DNA from: Octopus vulgaris
Taxonomy: Eukaryota
Length of the DNA stretch: 64,000 nt
Assembly (NCBI GenBank): GCA_951406725.2
Contig: OX597832.1
Coordinates: 28,954,001-29,018,000 of the forward strand
Reading direction: 5' to 3'
Each line of letters starts with the position of its first letter. Positions within the stretch are counted from its first letter, which is position 1. The notes beneath the pieces are model-generated. The model did no database searches. It was not told where the DNA came from and saw nothing but the letters and a program-made list of their open reading frames with translations. The position numbers and the translations under genes were made by a program. Below are positions 24,626 through 39,197 of this stretch, in pieces.

Positions 24626-24898
24626 TGTAGTAGTAGTAGTAGTAGCGGTGGTGGTGATAGTAGTAGTAGTGGTGACGGTGGTGGTGATAGTAGTAGTGGT
24701 GGTGGCGGTGGTGGTGGTGGTGGTGGTGGTGGTTGTAGCGGTGGTGGCAGTAGTAGTAGTAGTAGTAGAAGTGGAGGAGGGGGTGGGGTACTGGTGCTGG
24801 TGTTGGTGGTGGTTTCAGCGGTAGTAGTAGTAGACGTGGTGGTGGTGGTGGAGGTGGTGGCAGTAATCAAAGGGGGCCCATGGTGTGAGAACCCCCTG
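24307..24898. mobile_element. hAT-like MITE relic (same family as 55634-56022) split by a 470-bp (AGT/GGT)n tract
   Basis: 24338-24390 and 24862-24898 are collinear with the reverse complement of about 55634-55750; ends in gagaacccc(c)tg followed by ctttagac. Confidence 0.65.
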
Positions 24899-26243
24899 CT
24901 TTAGACGACAGTACGTAATTTGAGGGACACTTGGCTGGTATTTCTAGCAGACCTTATGGCTAAGTGTGCGCGTCCCCTTTGTTTTGGTCGACGCCATTAA
25001 ATCGGATAGGTGTGGTCAGGAGTGCGAGAGAGTTCAACTCGAAGGAATCTGTCGTTGATGAAGACTCCGTCTGTACTAATTAAACTGTCCTTAATGAGAA
25101 TAAAACTGAGACTGATGAAAGCTCATGCTGTACTAATTAACTGGCGTTAATGAGAATAAAATAGTCATTCGAAAGAAACGAAACAACTCTTTATATCGAT
25201 GGACTTCTCATTGTTCTTGTTGTTGTTGTTTATGATCGTCTTCTTCTTCTTCCCTTCCCCAACTCTTCCTTCTTCTCCTACTTCTTCTTTTCCTCCTCCT
25301 CCTCCTCTTCCTCCTCCTCCTTCCCCTCCTCCTCCTCCTCCTCTTCTCCTTCTTCTATTTTTCCTCCTCTTCTTTTTCTTCTTCCTCTTCCTCTTCCTCC
25401 TATTCTTCCTCCTATTCTTCTTCCACCTTTTCTTCTTCTTCTTCTCCTCCTCTTCCTCCTGTTCTTCTTCCACCTCTTCTTCTTCTCCTCCTCCTCTTCC
25501 TCCTATTCTTCTTCCACCTTTTCTTCTTCTTCTTCTTCTACTTCTGCTTCCTACTCCTACTCCCCCTCCTCCTCCTCTCCTTCTTCTTCTTCTTCTTCTA
25601 CTTCTGCTTCCTACTCCTACTCCTCCTCCTCCTCTTCTTCTTCTTCTTCTTCTTCTCCTTCTTCTTCTTCTCCTTCTTCTTCTTCTTCTTCTTCTACTTC
25701 TGCTTCCTACTCCTCCTCCTCCTCCTCTTCTTCTTCTTCTTCTTCTTCTTCTTCTTCATCGTCTTCTTCTTCTTCTTCTTCTTCTTCTTCTTCTTCTCCT
25801 TCTTCTTCTTCTCCTTCTTCTTCTTCTTCTTCTACTTCTGCTTCCTACTCCTCCTCCTCCTCCTCTTCTTCTTCTTCTTCTTCTTCTTCTTCTTCTTCAT
25901 CGTCTTCTTCTTCTTCTTCTTCTTCTTCTTCTTCTTCTTCTTCTCATTGTTATTATTTTTCTCCTCCTCGTTGACGTTATTGTAACTATTTCTGCTAATG
26001 TTCTTTAGCCCTAGGTCTGACCTGATGGACTTGATCTACGATCAGAGCATTCCAGCCGTGACTACACCACCCAACCTTTTCGTATCGCAAGGTACGACTT
26101 GAAGGTGATTTAGAGGCTATTTCTACCCGGTTAAGTATCTACATAGAAAGCTCTTCGTCGTCATCGTCGTGGCGGTGTAAGTGATAGTAGTGGTGGTAGT
26201 GATCATGGCGTTGGTAATGGTGCTGGTAGACTTGATGCTACAT

Positions 26244-26301
<58 letters not shown>

Positions 26302-26308
26302 CAGCAAC

Positions 26309-26377
<69 letters not shown>

Positions 26378-26981
26378 GGTGATAGTAGTAGTAGTAAGGT
26401 TCTTGCCAGTTTTGCTGTTGTTACCTTCGACATTTTCCTTCTCCCAGAGACCATTTCTAACCATTTTCTATTCCTGCGTTCTTCCCTCGGAAACCATTCG
26501 CCACCCTCACCCACCACCCACTATCTCTCCATCTCCTCTCCGTACCCTCTCCCCACCATAGTATCCCCCTCCCTCTCCCATACCTCTGCTTCTCCATCTT
26601 ATAAAAAATTCCTCGAGTTTCCATTCCTAAATACGTAATATTTCAACCTACACTCACCCGCCCACCCCGGCCCATCATCGCCACCCCTATCACCCACCCC
26701 TATTATCATATCTCTTTTCCAATCATTAATTATATAACATTATTAATTAAAGTTATTTTTTAAACGCATTCTCCAATGAACCGTGACATCTGTAGGCTTC
26801 AGTGACCCAGAAACTGTCATCTCCAAATTAACCACTCAAAGACTTTGACTTTTTGCGCAAAATTACTCAACTTCAAAACAAATTCTTCAGATTAACATTT
26901 TTAATTTTCTGAACGACCAATAAATACCATTTACTGCCATTTTGGACACCTATTATTATTTCTATACCTATTTCTGTTACA

Positions 26982-27020
<39 letters not shown>

Positions 27021-27026
27021 GTCATT

Positions 27027-27115
<89 letters not shown>

Positions 27116-27295
27116 CATTATTGCTAACAATATTAATAATATTGTTATTGTTATTGTTATTAATAATATTGTTATTGTTATTGTTATCATCATCATCATC
27201 ATCATCACCATCATTGTTATTGTTGTTGTTGCTACTGCTGTTGTTGTTGTTGGTGGTGGTGGTGGTGGTAATGTTGTTGTTGTTGTTGTTGTTGA

Positions 27296-27498
27296 GCAGA
27301 AGCGTTACAACGCCGGATGAAATGCTTAGCGGCACTTCGTTCGTCTTTGTGATCTGAGTTCAGATACAGTCGAGGTCGACTTTGCCTTTCGTTCTTTCCA
27401 GGGTCGATGAAGTAAGTACCAGTTACACCCTCGGGTTTGACGTAATCGGTTATCCCCGCCCCCAAAATTTCAGGCTTTGTACCAAAATTTGAAACCAG
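27296..27498 (+). mobile_element. SINE family A, diverged copy with the alternative tail
   Basis: gaaatgcttagcggc...gaggtcgactttgcctttc...cccaaaatttcaggctttgtacc. Confidence 0.75.
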
Positions 27499-27554
27499 TA
27501 TACGATATTTACAAATTTTCAACTCACGCAGAATTCGCATATATATATATATAT

Positions 27555-27949
27555 ACTCTTTTACTTGTTTCAGTCATTTGACTGCGGCCATGCTGGAGCA
27601 CCGCCTTTAGTCGATCAAATCGACCCCGGGACTTAATCTTTGTAAGCCCAGTACTTATTCTATTGGTCTATTTTGCCGAACCGCTAAGTGACGGGGACGT
27701 AAACACATCAGCATCGGTTGTCAAGCAATGCTAGGGACACGGACACCCCCCCCACACACACACATATACATATATACACATATATACGACAGGCTTCTTT
27801 CAGTTTCCATCTACCAAATCCACTCACAAGGCATTGGTCGGCCCGGGGCTATAGCAGAAGACACTTGCCCAAGATGCCACGCAGTGGGACTGAACCCGCA
27901 ACCATGTGGTTGGTTAGCAAGCTACTTACCACACAGCCACTCCTGCGCC
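27555..27949 (-). mobile_element. Full-length SINE family B
   Basis: Collinear with 15175-15594. Confidence 0.9.
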
Positions 27950-28089
27950 TAGAGCGGATTTTAGAATTAAACAGCCGAAATCTGCGATGAGGGATCAGTT
28001 TCTGACTGAAGAATGAAGGCTTTGAATGACCCGTTTGTCTTTTTGTTCGTCCCTTCGTGTATTTCACGTTATTTATTTATGTAAAGGTT

Positions 28090-28132
<43 letters not shown>

Positions 28133-28174
28133 GAGAGAGAGAGAGGGAGAGAGAGGGAGGGAGGGAGAGAGAGA

Positions 28175-28221
<47 letters not shown>

Positions 28222-28284
28222 ATGCATGTGTGTGCGATTGCATGTATGTATGTACGTAAATATTCGTTTGTTGTTTGTTTGTTT

Positions 28285-28577
28285 ATTTCTTCTCGAGCCA
28301 TGCCTGGTTCATAAGGGCCGGTTTCCCGGTTTCCTTGGCGTATAGGTTCCCCACCTGGAACGGATGCCGGTCCGTTGCAGGTGAACTGCAAGATGCGGGA
28401 GGAAAGAGTGAGAGAAAGTTGTGGCGAAAGAGTCAGCAGAAGTTCGCCATTACCTTCTGCCGGAACCGCGTGGAGCGTAGGTGTTTTGCTCATAAACACA
28501 CACACACATCGCCTGGCCTGAGATTCGAACCTGCGATCCCTCGACCGCGAGTCTGCTGCTCTAACCACTAGGCCATG
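28285..28577 (-). mobile_element. tRNA-derived SINE family D (V-domain-like core)
   Basis: Head atggcctagtggttagagc...ggttcgaatc; core ctgc(g/a)a(t/c)ggac(t/c)ggc..ccgt.cag; homologues at 44373-44602 and 60006-60303. Confidence 0.85.
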
Positions 28578-28917
28578 TAAATATTCGGCTGACTAAATGC
28601 AGTCCTGGGACTGCAAAACAAGAACAACAGCAACAGCTCCATTGAACTTAATCTACCGTTTTACTTGACTTTCGATGTACCAATACGCGTTTGCAAATGC
28701 ATGCGCATCACAACATGCTATTTCCTATCCGGGTAACAACAACATCAACAAAGAAACCATGAGAAATAAAAGAACAGAGAGCTTTGCACTTAGTCAACAC
28801 GAAAAAATGTGATATTTGTCAGGAAACTAGCTGAACAATAGAAAAAATGTCTGAACAGACGAGGAACACGAAAAACAAAAGTGAGAAAATGATAAAGAAA
28901 TGGCCGACATTTATACA

Positions 28918-29016
<99 letters not shown>

Positions 29017-29185
29017 GCACATACATACAGCTATGTGTGTGTGGAGAACAAAAGCTCCGAAAACAAAGAATTCTTCTATCAGCAGTTGAACACAAGAAGC
29101 TGTCGTCTGCTTTTAAGGTAGGAAGGCAATATATCAATCATTCCTGCTACTTCTCCGCCTTATACCGCCTTCTTTCACGTCATTT

Positions 29186-29242
<57 letters not shown>

Positions 29243-29440
29243 CGTGTGTATTTATATCAACTTCAAGATATATTCACACGCACGCACATACATATACGCC
29301 ATTCTTTATTTCTTACAGTTATTTCGTACTCAAACGCTCATACGTGTATTCAACAATGCAAACTATGAAAACACGCGTATGTATGATTAAACGGATGGAC
29401 GAATGGATAAATGGATGCATGCATGTGTGTGTGTATGCAT

Positions 29441-29514
<74 letters not shown>

Positions 29515-29981
29515 GTGTGTAGTCGTTACCTTTTGTTTTTCAGTAACGTTGATATTCAACCTAAGAAGCTATTTACTCTTAACACCTCCAATACCGTCCA
29601 ACTCAACTCTAACCAATTCCTACATTACTTCCTGTACCGTTGTACTTTGTGTTCTTGCTTTCCTATTTCTAATGTGTAATTCTTCTTCTTCTTCTTCTTC
29701 TTCTTCTTCTTCTTCTTCTTCTTCTTCTTCTTCTTCTTCTTCTTCTTCTTCTTCTTCTTCTTCTTCTTCTTCTTCTTCTTCTTCTTTCTCTTCTTCTTCA
29801 TCTTCTTTTCTTCTTCTTCCTCCGCCTTCTCCTCTTCCTTCTCTTCCACCTTATTGCCTTCTCTCCTCCCCTCATACCCCCATACCTGCTGTTTATTTCT
29901 TTGACTTGCAGACACTAAGTGGGACGGGTTTTAGCTGCAAATATAAACTTTAAGCCAAATTCATTATCAACATTTATCATG

Positions 29982-30057
<76 letters not shown>

Positions 30058-30079
30058 CACATCTATCTATCTATCCAGC

Positions 30080-30215
30080 CTCCTTTTACGATCCCTTTTG
30101 ATCGAAACTCCCCCTTCCTTTTTTTTTTTTTTTCTTTCTTAAACCTTCAAAAGAAAAGCTCTACCTTGTAATTTGTTCTATCTGTGTGCAGCCCTGTGTG
30201 GCTAATAAAGAAACA
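30080..30215 (+). mobile_element. Extremely 5'-truncated copy (3' tail only) of the Tx1-like LINE
   Basis: Identical to 32096-32234 except T-run length; flanked by the 13-bp direct repeat tatctatccagcc (30068-30080 / 30216-30228). Confidence 0.9.
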
Positions 30216-30233
30216 TATCTATCCAGCCATCCG

Positions 30234-30323
<90 letters not shown>

Positions 30324-30332
30324 CATCCATCC

Positions 30333-30370
<38 letters not shown>

Positions 30371-30377
30371 TTGTCTG

Positions 30378-30463
<86 letters not shown>

Positions 30464-30472
30464 CAGCCATCC

Positions 30473-30532
<60 letters not shown>

Positions 30533-31859
30533 GAAAAACTGAAAAACTACGAAGCGGTGACAGGAGCGAAAATCAACCGGGAAAAGTCAGTGGGCTTGCG
30601 ACTAGGCACCTGGAGAAGCAAGCCCATGCCGTCCACCAGCGCCTCCGTCGTGGGACGCTGGACCGACGGCCCGGTTGAGTTGCTCGGGGTCTGGTTTGGT
30701 CCGGACCTCCAAGTGGAGAAGAACTGGAACGAGATAACGAGTAGGGTGGTCACTCTCGCCCGGCAATGGGCCGTGAGGAAACTGTCCCTAAAAGGTCGAG
30801 CGGAGGTGGCGAACACGTACATCGCGTTCGTCATCTACTACCGCCTGACCGTCGTACCTTGTCCCGACCCTACCATCACCAAACTACAACGCATCCTCTT
30901 TCGCTTCTTGTGGAAAGGATGCGTCCCGATGGTCAGGCGATCCATTTGCTGTCAACACCCGTTAAAAGGAGGGCTGGGCATGCCGTGGTTGATGATGCGC
31001 AGACACGCGCTGAGACTGCGGCATCTCTGGCTCTATGTAGACGACGGTGAACAGGTGTGGTCGCCGTTTGTGAGGCACGCTTTCCCGCAGCTCGTCTCCA
31101 TGACCGAACTGCAGTCGTGGATCAAAAAGAGGCCGAGGAAGGGCGAATGGCACCGCGAGTGTCGCGTTGCTCTCAAGCAACTCTGCCGTCCTGGGTCGAC
31201 CTTAAGTGACTTCAACACAACCAAAGCATTCTATAGGGGTTTAGTGGAGGGGAGGTACGACGACGAGCTCGGGGCGAACCTGGACGTCGACGAGGAGTAC
31301 CTGACCCGCCTGTTCAGGACGACTTTCGGGCCAGGGCCCATGGACAACTTCCAGAGATCCCTGGCCTGGCAGTGCTACCGAGAAGCGCTACCCGTTCGGG
31401 ATAAGCTCTACAGACACGGCTCGAGAAACACGGGGCCGACCTGCCCGAGATGCGGTCAGAGCGACGAAACCGTTCTGCACGCACTCGTTCAGTGTCCAAC
31501 AATTTCCGACCTGTGGGCTTATGTCGAACAACTGCTGTCACGTGTGGGACGAGTCGGTTTATCAGCTGAGTCTATCGTCAATATTGTCACGCCTCCTTCC
31601 TTCAAACGGGAAGGAAGAGCTATTTTCATCATCCTTGTGGCTATGGCGAAAGAATGTATCTGGTGGACGCGTCTGAAAGGATTGGAGACAAACACTTTCC
31701 TCTCTGGTCAATCTCTCATCAACTTCTTCAAGTACCACTTGAAAAGGAAAGTGAGAGTAGAGGCAAGTTTTGTCTAGCGAATGTTTTAAAAAAAGATGGG
31801 TGAATGTAGCAAGAATGGCACGTATGAATGACGAAGCCACCTTGAGCATAGTCCTATGA
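30533..31859 (+). pseudogene. ORF2 fragment: end of reverse transcriptase domain plus zf-RVT CCHC finger
   Basis: GAKINREKS, LLGVWF, LSLKGR, FRFLWKG, GGLGMP and CPRCGQSDETVLHALVQC. Open to 31777; a probable 2-bp deletion near 31760 shifts the natural end (RQVLSSECFKKRW...SIVL*, stop at 31859). Confidence 0.9.
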
Positions 31860-32234
31860 ACCCAGAAATCGAAAACAGAGAGTTGCTTATTTGCAAAAAA
31901 AAAAAAAAAAAGAAATATAAAATGTGACATCATTGACCGAGGTTACCGTGGTCTTTTCCGTAGGCTTTTCTTTGCACGGGTAAACCTCACCTGTCCTCCC
32001 CTTTACACTTCATATTGACATTTCTGTGATAACGATCCCTATTGATCAATTTCCCCCCCCTTTTTTTTAAACCCCCCTTTTTTTGTCCTCTTTCTCTCCT
32101 TTTACGATCCCTTTTGATCGAAACTCCCCCTTCCTTTTTTTTTTTTTTTTTTCTTTCTTAAACCTTCAAAAGAAAAGCTCTACCTTGTAATTTGTTCTAT
32201 CTGTGTGCAGCCCTGTGTGGCTAATAAAGAAACA
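30533..32234 (+). mobile_element. 5'-truncated L1/Tx1-clade non-LTR retrotransposon inserted in (ATCT)n
   Basis: GC-rich island with an ORF2 C-terminal half, pyrimidine-rich 3' UTR and AATAAA, no poly(A); (ATCT)n on both sides. Confidence 0.92.
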
Positions 32235-32267
32235 TATCTATCTATCTATCTATCTATATCTACCTAC

Positions 32268-32313
<46 letters not shown>

Positions 32314-32357
32314 CTCTGTCTATCTATCTATCTATCTATCTATCTATCCATCTATCC

Positions 32358-32388
<31 letters not shown>

Positions 32389-32970
32389 AATCTATCTATC
32401 TATCTATCTATCAATACATACATACATACGTATATATACATACATATTTAAAGTGTATGTGTGTGTATGTATGTGTATGTGTGTATGTGTGTGTGTGCAA
32501 TATAACTTACATTGTTAGCGATAAAACATTGTAAGCACAAGTTTCATAATCTGTAAAACTGAGCAATCATCAGACGTCAACTCAGTCAGTTATTAAAATA
32601 TCCAGTTATTATATCTAATATATATTTAATACGCATGTGCATACATACATATATACATATATATAAATATGTAAGTGTATGTGCGTGCGTGTGTGTGTAT
32701 GTGTGTGCGTGTGTGTGTGTATGTGCGTGCGTGTGAGTGTATGTGTGTGTGTGTACCTGCTGAAAATATTTTAAAAAGGCGCTGTCATCTATTTTGCAAC
32801 GTTCGGGGCCAATAATCTGTAAGGCGTATGATGTCACACCCCTTCTCATCAATGACAGAGTAAAGATATAATTAGCGAAATATAAACTATTAATCATGTG
32901 TAATTAATACAACGGTTCGTTAGTTAATTCTCTGGTATTTCTGTACAAAAGTCTGTTGAACCCTGCCGCA

Positions 32971-33320
32971 CAGTGGTGTCGGATGTCAACGAAGAGCCCT
33001 CGACTACAAGACGACCAAAGTTTTTTTTTTCCCCCAAGATCTGGGGTCTCCCGCCCCTAAGCCCTAGACCAGTGGTTTTCAACCAGTGTTCCGCCAGTAC
33101 AGTCCAGGGGTTCCGCAAGAAGTTACAAAAATGCTAAAATCGACAGTAATTTTTAATTCTCCTGTGAAGATATGTGTGCATAAGACAATTAAATTATTGC
33201 ACAGGGGTTCCTCGAGCCAGTGGAATGTTTCCTTGGGTTTCTGCTTCAGCAAAAAGTTTGAAAAGCACTGCCCTAGACCATCACCTAATCACCCTTACCC
33301 ATCTTGTTGCTTAACAACAA
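32971..33320 (+). repeat. Dispersed repeat family F (filled site, carries the hAT MITE)
   Basis: Collinear with 58003-58150 once 33070-33278 is removed. Confidence 0.85.
33070..33270 (-). mobile_element. Non-autonomous hAT MITE, copy 2
   Basis: TIRs CAGTGGTTTTCAACC...GTTTGAAAAGCACTG; perfect 8-bp TSD ccctagac (33062-33069 / 33271-33278). Confidence 0.93.
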
Positions 33321-33346
33321 CAGCAGCAGCAGCAGCAGTAGTAGTT

Positions 33347-33407
<61 letters not shown>

Positions 33408-34030
33408 GGCAGCTCCAGGTCAACCTTGTTGCAACAGACACACACACAACATATGTTACTGAGTGACACTGTGACAGATGACGTTCCAATCTTGACCAAC
33501 CTGCCGATTTTTTCTTTTTTTTTTCATTTATCCAGGACTGCATTGCCCAACGTGTCCTTCCTATTTTAAGATCGTAGGTGGTAGTTAAAGACAGATTATA
33601 TTGCTATTATTATCAGGTCGAGATGCGCCAAAGTCGATCCCTCGTTGATTGGTTACACGACTTGGACCGACCCACAGAACCTTTGGTTCAAATACAGCGT
33701 TCACCTTGTTTTAGACTACGACATCAGCGCCACCTGCTGAACAATAAATATGACTTCTTCTTCTTCTTCTTCTTCTCTGCCTTTTCTTCTTCTTCTTCTT
33801 CTTCTTCTTCTTCTTCTTCTTCTTCTTCTTCTTCTTCTTCTTCTTCTCTGCCTTTCTCTCTGTATCGTCCTCCCTCCCCCTCTCTCTATCTTTTTCCCTA
33901 TATCTAGATATATATGTAAGCCGCACACACACACACATACACACACATACATACACACGCAAATACACTTGAATATACATACATGTATAAATAGTTAGAA
34001 GGAAGGTTTGGTTGATAGTTTAATAATGAC

Positions 34031-34070
<40 letters not shown>

Positions 34071-34631
34071 ACACAAGCACACACACACAAGCACTCAAAC
34101 AAGTACACACACACACACACACAACCGTGTGCTCCTGTGAAAACGCTATGTACACCCAAAGACACACGAGACAATTATTTCGTTGAAGAAAGACAAGTGC
34201 GTGCCGTGACATTAAGAGAGAATATCTCTCACTCAGACTGACTGCTGAGAATAGAAATTATATTAATATAAATCTATCGTGAAGTAACTGCCTTTTGTGT
34301 TTATAAAACAGCGTTTTATTCACAACACATACACGCACACATATTCGCATGTATGTATGTATGTATGTATGTATGTATGTATGTATGTATGTATGTATGT
34401 ATGTATGTATGTATGTATGTATGTATGTATGTATGTATGTATGTATGTATGTAGGTAGGTAGGTAGGTAGGTAGGTTGGTAGGTAGATAGGTATGCATGC
34501 ATGTGTATATATAAATACACACAATATACACATATGCATATATACATTTAATTACATATATATACATCCGTACATGTGTGTATATATATATACGTACATA
34601 CATATGTGTATATATATATATAAATACATAC

Positions 34632-34681
<50 letters not shown>

Positions 34682-34826
34682 TTATATATATATGTGTATA
34701 TATATATATATATAAATACATACATATATATAATATATATATATATATATACACACATTTATGTATATACATGTGTGTGTGTATATATATATATATATAT
34801 AAACATATATTAATATATATATATAA

Positions 34827-34864
<38 letters not shown>

Positions 34865-35213
34865 CATATATATAGATGCATTTATATAGACAGATATAGG
34901 CGTATATGAAGAAACGTATGCATGTAAGTATGTGTATGTAAAATACCCCCCCACACACACACACATATACACACACACAAACAGACGCCTGCGCGCACAT
35001 TCAGACACAATGAATAGAGAAGCAGAAGTAAACATAGGTTGAATATAATTAACCGATGCTCGACTCGAATTCCTTGTCAGACACAGAAGAGAATTGCGAA
35101 GAGAAGGCCACGGTACAAGTCATAAGGAATCCTTGCTGCCATTGCTCTTGTTGTTGCTGATGTTGTTGTTGTTGTTATATCTGTTTCACTCTGAGGCACA
35201 GTTACTACTTCAA

Positions 35214-35268
<55 letters not shown>

Positions 35269-35368
35269 GGGATAATGATGATGATGATGATAATGATAAT
35301 GGTGATGATGATTATGATAACAGCATCTTAGTTATAAGAAACATTTATTATGTACATGAACAATATAC

Positions 35369-35402
<34 letters not shown>

Positions 35403-35465
35403 GTATATATATATGGGTGTGTATATATATATATATATAATATGTGACAATTATTCGGTAGCCAT

Positions 35466-35526
35466 GATAAAACTCCGAGTTTCGGATGTCGGGGCGGAAA
35501 CCCATGCTGGCATCTCTTCAGTTGTC
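35466..35526 (-). ncRNA. Degenerate or variant hammerhead motif beside (TA)n
   Basis: gacaa-CTGAAGA-gatgcc...gacatc c-GAAA-ctcggag-TT-ttatc. Stem I 4/5 bp, stem III 4 bp near-palindromic, extra C before GAAA. Confidence 0.6.
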
Positions 35527-35831
35527 GGGCCATCGAAAAAATTGCTATGAAAATGACCGTTAAACAAAGGGAAACTGTGTGATTGACCGTTATTAAGACA
35601 AAAGATCTATTAGAATGACCGCTAAGTGAGGGGAGGGAGTAAAAGTAAGGGGATAAAAATGTTCATAGTAATAGTGTAAGCGCGCATATCCATACCTACA
35701 CATGCGCGCCCGCACACCCACGTACAAGGGCCTATATACTTATATACTTATAGGCACATATTTACAGATAAATTCCTCCATTTACATAATATCGAGGTCA
35801 CTTTCTTTCTTTTGTTGTCTTACCATTTCTA

Positions 35832-35953
<122 letters not shown>

Positions 35954-36088
35954 GATACAAAAAAACAGAAAACTCTCTGCTCATTCATCTTCCGTTCAGG
36001 TAAGTGAACCTACATCATCGTTTACAAACTGCAAAATATTATTATAGCCATGTTTAGCATAGTACAACAGATATAAACCAGTGTGTCA

Positions 36089-36126
<38 letters not shown>

Positions 36127-36901
36127 ACGCACACACACACACACACACACATACACACACACACACCATGGTAAGCAACACTCCCAGCACCGCCTCCATA
36201 AATCAAGAGAAGACAGAGAGAGATAGAGACGGAGACAGACAGATAGAGATGAGAGAACCCTAAGTGGTGAAGAAGCAACGAAATGGAGAGAAGTACAAGA
36301 AAAAAGGTCCAAGATTTCAGTGTTTTCAAGGGGGGAGGAAGAGTTGGGGGTTGAAAGGAATGAAATTTGGAAAACATGTGTTGGAGAAGTCATTTGAAAT
36401 TAACTGTGATTTCACGAGGATCTGAACATGACCAATGATCCGAAGAATGGTTATGAGTGTGATCTGATTGTAAGATAGAGAGGAGCAGGGGTGGGGAAGA
36501 AGGGGGTGGCAAGATGATACAGGCAGAGAGAGAGAGAGGGAGGGGGGACGAGAGGATGAGAAAAAGCGGGAGAGAGAAAAGGCGACGGTATTGCTTGCTG
36601 CTCTTCAAATGAAGCGATATATTTTTCTGAGTCGCTGTCTGATACACACACACACACACACACGCACTCACACACACTCACACGCAAACACACACACACA
36701 TGCACTCACACACACACACAAGCACACACACACACACTCACACACACACATGCACTCACACACACACACATACACACACACACACACACACGCACTCGCA
36801 CACACACACAATCACACACACACACATGCATTCACATACATGCACTCACACACACACACACAAACACAAAACACACACACAAACACACACACACACACAC
36901 A

Positions 36902-36937
<36 letters not shown>

Positions 36938-36967
36938 AACACACACACACAAACACACACACAAGCA

Positions 36968-37041
<74 letters not shown>

Positions 37042-37520
37042 TCGTTCCACGAGTCAGCTGTCGATCTTCTTCAAATGTTTCCACGCCAGATATTCTCTTT
37101 GGTATAAAATTCCTTCTGGATTCAGATTTTTGGCCCCGTTTGCTGGGTAAACATAGCAGTTTCTCGTTCGTTTTTGTTTGTTTTTCCCAACATCAAACCC
37201 TAAAACAGTTGAACATCTTTGACTCCTCTCACTTGCAACCTATTCTTCAGATTTTCCTTTCCTTTCTTTTATTTATTTTTTTTTTTAACCATTTTCTAAC
37301 AGACTAAAATAACATTCTTTAATAGACAGAATTTACAGAGAAGCTAAATGGAATGACAGGGACGGAATTAACTTTCGTTGCTCTAAGTCATATGGTAAAA
37401 TTAAATCTAAAGAACCACTTTTTGGGGAAGGCGGCTGTAAATGATAATAATAATAATAACAATAATAATAATAATAATGATGATGATGATGATGATAATG
37501 ATAATAATAATAATAATAAC

Positions 37521-37571
<51 letters not shown>

Positions 37572-37586
37572 AATAATGATGATGAC

Positions 37587-37636
<50 letters not shown>

Positions 37637-37677
37637 CGATGATGATGATACTAATAATAATAATAATAATAATAATA

Positions 37678-38276
<599 letters not shown>

Positions 38277-38292
38277 AATAATAATAATAATA

Positions 38293-38642
38293 GGCTTTTG
38301 ATCTTAACTGATTGGAAATGTTATCATGTACATATTTTGTCTTGGTATGAAAGACAGGCTACAGCAAATATTCTGCTCAATACCACAGATTTGCTTGCAA
38401 GGTCATGCGCTGCAAGGTCATGTGCTGCAAGGTCATGTGCTGCAAGGTCATGTGCTGCAAGGTCATGTGCTGCAAGGTCATGCGCTGTTTATCTTGATAT
38501 GAGATCACCATGTCGCGTACAATATGGTTGCGATACATGTGCCTGGCGTACCCTTATCAGACGGGTAGTCATGATGGGTATACTGGAATTCGTATATTTT
38601 ACCCAAGCGTCACATTGATGGCATGCACTGCTCTCTCACTCA
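38293..38642 (+). mobile_element. Element G, copy 2, with internal deletion and a 6 x 15-bp tandem repeat (38396-38485)
   Basis: tgcaaggtcatgtgc x6 starts at the deletion junction. Confidence 0.75.
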
Positions 38643-38643
38643 C

Positions 38644-38730
<87 letters not shown>

Positions 38731-39131
38731 GTTGTCAGAGATCATGAAGAAAAAAATCCTTCTAATTGATGTATCAATACCGGCAGATGACAACGTGTCT
38801 CTAAAAGAAATGGAGAAACTCTCAAAATACAAAGACCTGGAAATAGAGGTAACTAGAATGTGGAATCTGAAAACAGAAACAATTCCTATCATAGTAGGTG
38901 CATTAGGCATGATAAAAAAATATTCAGACAAATACATAACAAAAACACCAGGACTTACAAACACATATAACATACAGAAAATTGCACTACTAGGCACTGC
39001 ACACATCCTACGCAGAACACTTTCCATACAATAACCATCAGAGCATCACAACAAATCACAGCACATACCCAAGGCACACAGAGCTGTGCTCGGTAGTGAA
39101 GTGAAAGCACGCTATAAAAATAAAACTACTG
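38731..39131 (+). mobile_element. 5'-truncated R4/Dong-type non-LTR retrotransposon (restriction-like endonuclease C-terminus plus 3' UTR) in (TAA)n
   Basis: LLIDVSIPADDNVSLKEMEKLSKYKDL...RMW...IPIIVGALG...QKIALLGTAHILRR* (stop at 39034) is the RLE-domain signature; (TAA)n on both sides. Confidence 0.88.
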
Positions 39132-39153
39132 AATAATAATAATAATAATAATA

Positions 39154-39197
<44 letters not shown>

